Made by a program: the position numbers and the translations under genes
Assembly: GCF_008000775.2 (NCBI RefSeq)
Contig: NZ_CP042905.2
Location: forward strand, 3,990,001-4,022,000
Source: Promethearchaeum syntrophicum
Lineage (GTDB): Archaea > Asgardarchaeota > Lokiarchaeia > Sigyniarchaeales > Promethearchaeaceae
Direction of reading: 5' to 3'
DNA: 32,000 bases
Shown here: positions 9,285-15,414 of the stretch, piece by piece
Layout: each line of letters begins with the position of its first letter
Position numbering within the stretch: the first letter of the stretch is position 1
Notes under the pieces: model-generated
Seen by the model: the letters and a program-made list of their open reading frames with translations, nothing else
Told to the model about the DNA's origin: nothing
Databases searched by the model: none

Positions 9285-11351
9285 TTAATGATTAAAGACG
9301 AGGCTTTTAATTGTTACTGGAAAAGCTTCTTTAGGCGGTTTATGGAGAGAGGGTCCAATGTCAATCCAATCTCCGGCTTCCAGAGTCAATTCATCCAAGC
9401 AAATTAAATTACTTGTTATGGCAGTCTGTTTATGAATTGTAAGTCCAAGAAGTTTAGCTAGATCACTTTGAAACAATAGAATTATTTGCTTCTGATTAAC
9501 AATAGAGTTGGGCAAGGCTTTTTCAAGTGATTTGGCGAAAATTGTGAGTAATTCTTCCTTAGGGTAGATTGGAGATTTAAAATAGAGGGCAGCTAAATCA
9601 TCTCCTTCCTTCATATCATATTTTGAGAAAGCTTTATTTATCTCTTCCATAACATTTGTAGGACTAAAATTATCTTGGGTCAAATTGACTGGGATAACGG
9701 GAACATTGTTTAAGGGTAATTTAATATCTTCATCAACATAACACGTTGAACCTGAAACCGACAAAGAAAATGCTCCGGCCCCAATGACTGTTGCTCTGAT
9801 CTTGTTTTCCGGTTCGATTAATAATAATCCTTCTTTATCCATAAGTAATTTAATTTCTTCAGCTAGATAATGTCCAATATCATTATAGGTAGTTGGGTTT
9901 TGATTTGTTTCATGTATCATTTCTCCAATTCCCCCTGAAAAGGAATAGAAATCAATAGGAGTGGAAAAATCTAAATCATCTGTCATCATTAAACCTTGAG
10001 CAATTTTACTGGTTGCAGGACCTTGCATCACCTCAAGTTGTGCTTTAGCATATTCATGAGCTAGTATACGAGCATCTCTTTCTAGGATAGTATCTCCTAT
10101 GTTGTATTGCATATTCAATTCTTTCATAAGAAATTCACTCGGGCCATCGATCCTCCAAATTTTAAAATTTTCATCAATCCCTAATAAACGCCCCCCTACA
10201 TTAATACACGAGCAACTAATCACATCTCCCTTTGAAGAAATAGCCATATTACTGGTGCCACCTCCAATATCACTGTTTAAAATGGTTTTTTGCAGTTGAC
10301 TGGATTGTCTAACAATTCCACTACCCAAAGCCCCTAAGAGGGATTCAAAATTTGGGCCGGCAGAGGCACTGACAAATTTTCCAGATTCAGAAGATATGCG
10401 ATTGACAATTTCTGCCGCATTTTGCTTCTTAGCAGTTTCCCCTGTCACGATTACTGCGCCCGTATCTACCGTCTCGGGAGTAAATCCCGCTTTTTGATAC
10501 TCCTCTTCACAAAATTTGATGATGGCTTCAATATCGATAGTATTTCGATCAAGTAGCGGAGTGAAAATAATATTGCCTTCATAAATAATCTCTCGATCAA
10601 CTAAAATGAATCGATTTGTCATATTAAAGAAGCTTATTTCCTTTCGAAGGGTGAGTCGGGAGAAAATAAGATGGGATGTTGAGGAACCAATATCAATCCC
10701 AACACTAACTAATTTGAGATATTCAACATTGCTTTCTTTGGAATCTGTATGACCCATTAGCAATTCAGCAGGATATATTTCAATTTTTTTTACAGATTTA
10801 TCTTCCTTTTTGATAGGACCTTCTTTTTTAGGTGGAGCAATTCTGATTTGCATTTCGGTATCGCAATGTTTAGGGAGCTCCATCTTATTGTCTGAGTTTA
10901 ACAGTTTTACTTGCATTTCGGCAGGAATCTCAAATTCTTGTTTACATACTGAGCAAAAATATTTGAGGTTGATAGATTTTCCACTCCCAGGTAATGTAGG
11001 TCCTCTGATTTTTTTTTTACGAGGATTATCATCATTAACTTCTCGACGAATTCTATCCAAAACCACATTAAATTGAGAAATGGCAATATCACATAATTGA
11101 TCATGTTCTGTTCCTGGTTTTAATATTGAAGCCAATGCGGGTTTAAAAACCGAGATAAGTCGATAATATCTCGCAAGATCAGTTTGATCTTCTTCTTCGT
11201 GTTCTTGGAGTATATTTTTGTAATGTTTCGTGAACCTGTCAATAGTTTTGTCTATATCGGGATATTGCATTTGAGTAAGGCTGTATTTTATCATTCCAAT
11301 AATAGCCCATAGTGAAGAATCAACGTTAATTTCAATTTCTGATATTTTCAT
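9285..11351 (-). CDS. EutA-like ASKHA-fold ATPase (ethanolamine ammonia-lyase reactivase family) with ~200-aa N-terminal extension
   Basis: From VSVGIDIGSSTSHLIFSRL to the C-terminus it is co-linear with E. coli EutA as I recall it. Shared blocks are VDTGAVIVTGETAKKQNA, SASAGPNFESLLGALGSG, SDIGGGTSNMA, CINVGGRLL, IRATVIGAGAFSLSVSGST and AGDWIDIGPSL...PVTIKSLVF. The N-terminal extension is helical and contains CSVCKQEF...PKHCDTEM (CxxC...HC). Confidence 0.8.
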   Translation of the reverse strand: MKISEIEINVDSSLWAIIGMIKYSLTQMQYPDIDKTIDRFTKHYKNILQEHEEEDQTDLARYYRLISVFKPALASILKPGTEHDQLCDIAISQFNVVLDRIRREVNDDNPRKKKIRGPTLPGSGKSINLKYFCSVCKQEFEIPAEMQVKLLNSDNKMELPKHCDTEMQIRIAPPKKEGPIKKEDKSVKKIEIYPAELLMGHTDSKESNVEYLKLVSVGIDIGSSTSHLIFSRLTLRKEISFFNMTNRFILVDREIIYEGNIIFTPLLDRNTIDIEAIIKFCEEEYQKAGFTPETVDTGAVIVTGETAKKQNAAEIVNRISSESGKFVSASAGPNFESLLGALGSGIVRQSSQLQKTILNSDIGGGTSNMAISSKGDVISCSCINVGGRLLGIDENFKIWRIDGPSEFLMKELNMQYNIGDTILERDARILAHEYAKAQLEVMQGPATSKIAQGLMMTDDLDFSTPIDFYSFSGGIGEMIHETNQNPTTYNDIGHYLAEEIKLLMDKEGLLLIEPENKIRATVIGAGAFSLSVSGSTCYVDEDIKLPLNNVPVIPVNLTQDNFSPTNVMEEINKAFSKYDMKEGDDLAALYFKSPIYPKEELLTIFAKSLEKALPNSIVNQKQIILLFQSDLAKLLGLTIHKQTAITSNLICLDELTLEAGDWIDIGPSLHKPPKEAFPVTIKSLVFNH

Positions 11352-11446
11352 GATTATCCTTCTTTTTCGTTCTTACTTCCAATTAATATTTGTTTATGTA
11401 TTTCACTCAAATATTTTGAGACTTTAAAATGTTCGTTTTTATATCT

Positions 11447-11495
11447 TAAGATATAATTATATACCTACTTTTAAATAGTAAGATACAATTATATA
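11447..11495 (+). promoter_or_regulatory. 17-nt direct repeats flanking a TATA box upstream of ORF 11504
   Basis: TAAGATATAATTATATA at 11447-11463 and TAAGATACAATTATATA at 11479-11495 differ by 1 mismatch and start 32 bp apart. They bracket ttttaaata at 11468-11476. A 14-bp perfect palindrome, atatcttaagatat, at 11441-11454 overlaps the first copy. Confidence 0.4.
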
Positions 11496-11503
11496 TTTTG
11501 TAG

Positions 11504-11887
11504 ATGGATAAATTAAACGAAAATTCGAAAGATTCACAACGAAGAACTCTTCAAGAAAGAATTGAAGCAATTTTTGATTTAATTGATAGTGAAGAAGACG
11601 TTTTTCCAAAAAGTCGACTAAAACAAATTGGACTTAACCCCCGTACAGCAGAAAAATGGTTAAAACTAATTGAATACATCCAAAATCAACCAAAAATTCG
11701 TTTAATTCAAACGGGCCATAATACTTTGATTGAAAAAGTGGAAGGAAAATACCAAGCCTTGATGCGAAAGATGGCAATCGATAATACAGTTCCTTTCGAA
11801 CAACGACTTCAATTTGTTACAGATTATTTGAAATCTTTGTATAGTCGAGAAAAAATGGTTAATTCAAGAAAGAATAATGAATCTTAA
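11504..11887 (+). CDS. small hypothetical protein, possible winged-helix DNA binder
   Basis: 127-aa ORF divergent from the EutA-like gene. SRLKQIGLNPRTAEKWLKLIEYIQ looks HTH-like. The call is weak. Confidence 0.35.
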   Translation: MDKLNENSKDSQRRTLQERIEAIFDLIDSEEDVFPKSRLKQIGLNPRTAEKWLKLIEYIQNQPKIRLIQTGHNTLIEKVEGKYQALMRKMAIDNTVPFEQRLQFVTDYLKSLYSREKMVNSRKNNES

Positions 11888-12007
11888 AAATAATTATTCT
11901 TGTAGGAAATTGAGGAATTATATTTAAAATGTTAATATATTCAGGATTTCATCAACCCCTAAGGAAAATGACAAATATCTAAAACACGGGGAATAAAAGA
12001 AATTGAA

Positions 12008-12320
12008 TTAGTTTTGGAACACTAAACAATAATGATGATGACACATTGCTGACGTAAGTTGTAGGCCCCCCCCAAATGCTCATGAATTTCTGATCTTGGA
12101 GCTAAATGAATTCTTGGAGCAATTTAAAATGTTCTCCCATCTTTAATGCAAATTTCCAAGCTAGTGGTTCCATCTTTCCTTCTTCTGTTCTACAATTTTG
12201 TAAAATTATCATCATATGAGCTTTAGGTTTAAGAATTTCTTTTAAATCTTTAATGATATCAACTAATGAATCAAGATATTGGGATAAATTATCAATATTT
12301 CGTAATTCATATTTTGAAGT
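12008..12320 (-). pseudogene. decayed 3' fragment of a paralogue or copy of the methyltransferase gene 14338..15414
   Basis: It aligns by hand to 14350-14660 at roughly 85-90% identity. My translation is KYELRNIDNLSQYLDSLVDIIKDLKEILKPKAHMMIILQNCRTEEGKMEPLAWKFALKMGEHFKLLQEFI*LQDQKFMSIWGGPTTYVSNV. It has an in-frame TAG where the intact gene has TGG, and a 1-nt insertion (gacacattgc versus gaacattgc) near the end. The catalytic N-terminal ~250 codons are absent. Confidence 0.85.
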
Positions 12321-12340
12321 CTTTTAATCTTAATAAAATG

Positions 12341-12360
12341 AAAAATAGGAAAAAAAAAAG
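12341..12360 (-). terminator. oligo-T tract (minus strand) after the last sHSP gene
   Basis: A plus-strand run of 10 A at 12350-12359 gives T10 on the coding strand, 5-15 nt past the stop at 12365-12367. Confidence 0.4.
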
Positions 12361-12364
12361 ATTA

Positions 12365-12910
12365 CTATTTCTTTTTTGTAATTATAGTAAATAGCCCATT
12401 ATCTGCAATAATTTCTATATCTTTTACTTTAAAAGGAGCTCTTAAGACTTTATTATATTTTAGGTCATTTTTTTCCCCTTTTAAAATAATATTTTTTCCC
12501 TCAATCTTATAAGTTAAATCTTCTTTACTCAAACCTGGCATTTCAAGAGAATATTCTTTTTTCTCTAAATCACTCTCTTTAGCAGTTAAAGCTTTGTATT
12601 TTTTATCTGTTATTACAGTTCTATGATGGTTTTTCAATCCATCTAGGAAGGTATCTATTTGATCTTGGGTTGGATTTCCTCGAATATCTATTTCTGGTTC
12701 TTTCATTCCAGTGTTATATTTATAAGTCATGCTGTAATTCTTACCATCGGAATTTCCAAACTCTTGAGAGAATGTTGAGCAATGGGTCGAATTACCTTTA
12801 TCACTGATATTTTCAGGACCTTTAAAAGATTCAAAGAAATCTTCACGTTCATCATCAAACAGATCCCACATACGTTTCATTCGTCGGTCAAATTTTTCGA
12901 ATATGTCCAT
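12365..12910 (-). CDS. small heat shock protein, Hsp20/alpha-crystallin family (paralogue 4 of array)
   Basis: Alpha-crystallin-like core YSLEMPGLSKEDLTYKIEGKNIILKGEK...IEIIADNGLFTIITKK. A GGAGGTG SD lies 6 nt upstream of the ATG. Confidence 0.75.
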   Translation of the reverse strand: MDIFEKFDRRMKRMWDLFDDEREDFFESFKGPENISDKGNSTHCSTFSQEFGNSDGKNYSMTYKYNTGMKEPEIDIRGNPTQDQIDTFLDGLKNHHRTVITDKKYKALTAKESDLEKKEYSLEMPGLSKEDLTYKIEGKNIILKGEKNDLKYNKVLRAPFKVKDIEIIADNGLFTIITKKK

Positions 12911-12924
12911 TTTTTACACCTCCA

Positions 12925-13260
12925 TTATTTTAATTTAATTTCAAACGCTTTTGATAAAGGATCTTCAATATTTCCTTCAATTTTTAATAATCCATTTGCA
13001 TATTCCCCTTTAATTGAATTAACATCCGCATTAAAAGGGAACGATTCTTCAATGTGAAAGAAATCATTTTTCCGTTGAGCTTCAAGATTATAAGCATCTT
13101 TTGTAAATTTAACGTGAATATCTTCTTTTTTCACTCCAGGAATATGGATTTCTAAATCCCATGAATTCGACTTCAGATTATAATTGAAGTAGCGGATAGG
13201 GCTAATTTGCGATTTACTTTCATTATTGTTTTCCTTTTTTTGAATTTGAGTATTTTCCAC
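12925..13260 (-). CDS. small heat shock protein, Hsp20/alpha-crystallin family (paralogue 3)
   Basis: WDLEIHIPGVKKEDIHVKFTKDAYNLEAQRK...IKGEYANGLLKIEG. GTG start preceded by an AAGGAGG SD. Confidence 0.8.
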   Translation of the reverse strand: MENTQIQKKENNNESKSQISPIRYFNYNLKSNSWDLEIHIPGVKKEDIHVKFTKDAYNLEAQRKNDFFHIEESFPFNADVNSIKGEYANGLLKIEGNIEDPLSKAFEIKLK

Positions 13261-13273
13261 TTAAAAAACCTCC

Positions 13274-13639
13274 TTATAATTTTAATTCAACTGCATCCTC
13301 ATAGGGATCTTTAATATGTGCTGTGATTTTTAATAGACCACTCTTATATTTTGCTTTGGTTTTTTCAGGTACTATTATGGTACCCCAACTTTGATTTGCA
13401 GAATATTCGATATTACCTCTGTAACCTGTCAAATTGAACCAAGTTGGCAATGTCTTCAAAGAAATATCTTCTTTTTTAACCCCAGGAAGGGCAACTTCTA
13501 TTGTTACCAATTTATTCCTGTTATTGATTGATCTTGACAGTTCTGGGAAAACTCTGTATCTTATCTCTTTTCGATTTTCTTTTAATTCTTTATTTTCTTT
13601 TTCCATTATCTCTTTCTTTTTTGATTCTATCATAGCCAT
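13274..13639 (-). CDS. small heat shock protein, Hsp20/alpha-crystallin family (paralogue 2)
   Basis: VTIEVALPGVKKEDISLKTLPTWFNLTGYRG...KAKYKSGLLKITAHIK. I moved the start to the ATG at 13639 (MAMIESKKK). It has a GGTGAT SD and avoids the overlap with the upstream gene that the ORF-track start at 13696 creates. Confidence 0.8.
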   Translation of the reverse strand: MAMIESKKKEIMEKENKELKENRKEIRYRVFPELSRSINNRNKLVTIEVALPGVKKEDISLKTLPTWFNLTGYRGNIEYSANQSWGTIIVPEKTKAKYKSGLLKITAHIKDPYEDAVELKL

Positions 13640-13670
13640 AACTATCACCTTTTTTGATTTTTTTTTTATT

Positions 13671-14009
13671 TTATTGGATTGGAACATTGAAAGCATGTTC
13701 TAATGGTCTATAGCGTTGAAATTCTAAGGTTAATAAACCTTCTTCATATCTAACTTCAGTTTTCTCAGGTTCAATTTTTACACCAAGATCTAAATCGAGA
13801 ATATATTCAATATCATCTCGGTAGGCTCTTAATGTAAAATAATCCTCAATCGCTTTCATCGATAATTTGTCTTTGTTTACTCCAGGTAGTGCTATCTGTA
13901 ATATCATTTTATTATCATTTGTCCATGCACCATAACGTGGTTTTATCCGACTATAAGACCTTTTTGAATCATTTTCTTCATTATTACTATTTTGATTTTG
14001 TAAAGTCAT
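13671..14009 (-). CDS. small heat shock protein, Hsp20/alpha-crystallin family (paralogue 1, promoter-proximal)
   Basis: MILQIALPGVNKDKLSMKAIEDYFTLRAYRDD...EVRYEEGLLTLEF. A GAGGTGA SD precedes the ATG. Confidence 0.8.
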   Translation of the reverse strand: MTLQNQNSNNEENDSKRSYSRIKPRYGAWTNDNKMILQIALPGVNKDKLSMKAIEDYFTLRAYRDDIEYILDLDLGVKIEPEKTEVRYEEGLLTLEFQRYRPLEHAFNVPIQ

Positions 14010-14029
14010 GTACTCACCTCAGATTTATA

Positions 14030-14046
14030 GACAACATTATGTTGTC
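14030..14046. promoter_or_regulatory. 17-bp perfect palindrome GACAACAT-T-ATGTTGTC between the TATA box and the first sHSP start (candidate heat-shock operator)
   Basis: It lies 21-37 bp upstream of the ATG at 14009 and about 23 bp downstream of the TATA-like TTTAAATA (minus strand, 14069-14076), so it sits over the expected transcription start. Confidence 0.4.
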
Positions 14047-14337
14047 AAAATAATAATAATAATTTTCATATTTAAAGTTTTTGATCAATAAATAAAAAAT
14101 TCCAAAACACTTTGTTTTAGGTGATCTGAAATTTGATTAAATGCTTTCTAAAATTGAGATTAATACAATTTTTAAAATTTCATTAGAGTAGTTGAAAAAA
14201 AGAATAAGACATCATGCAATATATCTCAAAAATGACACATAAAAACAAATCATCTTGTTAATTATAAAATCTAATTTTAAATTGATTTAGTTCATATTTT
14301 TTTAGTCTGATTTATTGCTTTTTTCTGCAAGAATCAG

Positions 14338-15414
14338 TTAATTTTTATTTGGATTTTGAAAGACTAAGCAATAATGATGATGAACATTGCTGACGTAAGT
14401 TGTAGGCCACCCCCAAATGCCCATAAATTTCTGATCTTGGAGCCAAATGAATTCTTGGAGCAATTTATAATGTTCTCCCATCTTTAATGCAAATTTCCAT
14501 GCTAGTGGTTCCATCTTCCCTTCTTTCGTTCGACAATTTTGCAATACTATCATTAAATGAGCTTTAGGTTTGAGGATTCTTTTTAAATTTTTAAAGATAT
14601 CAACCAATGAATCAAGATAGTGTGTTAGATCATCGATATTTCCGAGGTCATATTTGGAATCCCCATAATCTTCATCAAATCCTTGTTCCATCCTTAGTTT
14701 TTGATTTGATTTAACGCCACCTCGGGATTTCTTTAGCATATTCCAATAAGGGGGTGATGTAATTATGAAATCAATAGGAGGAATTTTATTTTCTTTCCAA
14801 ATTTTAAATGTATTTCGAGAATCTCCCGTAAAGATATTACTTCTCATTTTATCATCATTTGTTTTTTGAATTCGTTCTCGTGAAAACTGGGCATATTCTG
14901 GATTTAATTCAATCCCAAAACAATTTCGGTGAGTATTAAAGGCGGCTTGTGCAGTGCTTCCTATACCCATAAACGGATCAAAAACCCACTCCTCCGCTTT
15001 TGTGAAGTAAGAAATATAATATTCCGCTAAACTTGGAGGGTATGAAGCAGGGTGATTCTTAATTTGTTTTGATATATCACCGGATTTTCCATCGATAATG
15101 ACCCAGCTCTTAGTATGCTGCAGCCATTGTTTTCCAGTTAAATCATTTAAGGAATTTTTACTGTTATGTTTTCCTTTATCTGTTATGAGTAATTCCATTA
15201 ACTTTAAATCATTAGCAATTTTACGGAATTCTTTTGCAGATTGTGCAATATCCAAAGTATGAAAAGAATCTAATGCATTTTTTAAGGTTTCATTTAGTTC
15301 TGATTGTTTAAATGAGATTACTTTTTCAAATTCAGGAACCAAAGCCTTTTCTGACTTCTTTTCAGAGGATAAATCTTTATCAAAATGAAACTTTGGTTTT
15401 TGTATAGGGGTCAT
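14338..15414 (-). CDS. SAM-dependent amino-methyltransferase with SPPY catalytic motif (N4-C/N6-A DNA methyltransferase-like)
   Basis: HPASYPPSLAEYYISYFTKAEEWVFDPFMGIGSTAQAA (SAM motif I, FxGxG type) lies about 70 aa before DFIITSPPYWNM (motif IV). The ATG overlaps the mutS stop. A DNA substrate is assumed from the motif type, and an RNA substrate is not excluded. Confidence 0.75.
   Translation of the reverse strand: MTPIQKPKFHFDKDLSSEKKSEKALVPEFEKVISFKQSELNETLKNALDSFHTLDIAQSAKEFRKIANDLKLMELLITDKGKHNSKNSLNDLTGKQWLQHTKSWVIIDGKSGDISKQIKNHPASYPPSLAEYYISYFTKAEEWVFDPFMGIGSTAQAAFNTHRNCFGIELNPEYAQFSRERIQKTNDDKMRSNIFTGDSRNTFKIWKENKIPPIDFIITSPPYWNMLKKSRGGVKSNQKLRMEQGFDEDYGDSKYDLGNIDDLTHYLDSLVDIFKNLKRILKPKAHLMIVLQNCRTKEGKMEPLAWKFALKMGEHYKLLQEFIWLQDQKFMGIWGWPTTYVSNVHHHYCLVFQNPNKN

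Noticed and set aside
9285-11351. Annotating the locus as an ethanolamine utilisation (eut) operon.
   Set aside because: Only the EutA-like gene is present. No eutB, eutC, shell proteins or other eut genes occur anywhere in the 32 kb.
13640-13696. Longer start for the second sHSP gene, overlapping the end of the upstream sHSP gene by 26 nt.
   Set aside because: The internal ATG at 13639 has a GGTGAT SD at proper spacing and removes the overlap. The extra 19 residues (MLSMFQSNKIKKKSKKVIV) look like read-through of intergenic A/T-rich sequence.
6917-14660. Whether the two intact/degenerate repeat pairs (6917-7009 with 8247-8339, and 14350-14660 with 12008-12320) are the variable and template repeats of a diversity-generating retroelement.
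   Set aside because: Mismatches in both hand alignments involve all four bases in both directions (for example T/C, G/A, C/A, A/T) rather than being confined to adenines of one copy. One pair contains an indel and a nonsense codon. No reverse transcriptase is present in the window.
14338-15414. Methyltransferase as part of a classical restriction-modification system.
   Set aside because: No candidate endonuclease, specificity subunit or helicase/nuclease ORF is adjacent. Its neighbours are mutS upstream and the sHSP cassette downstream.
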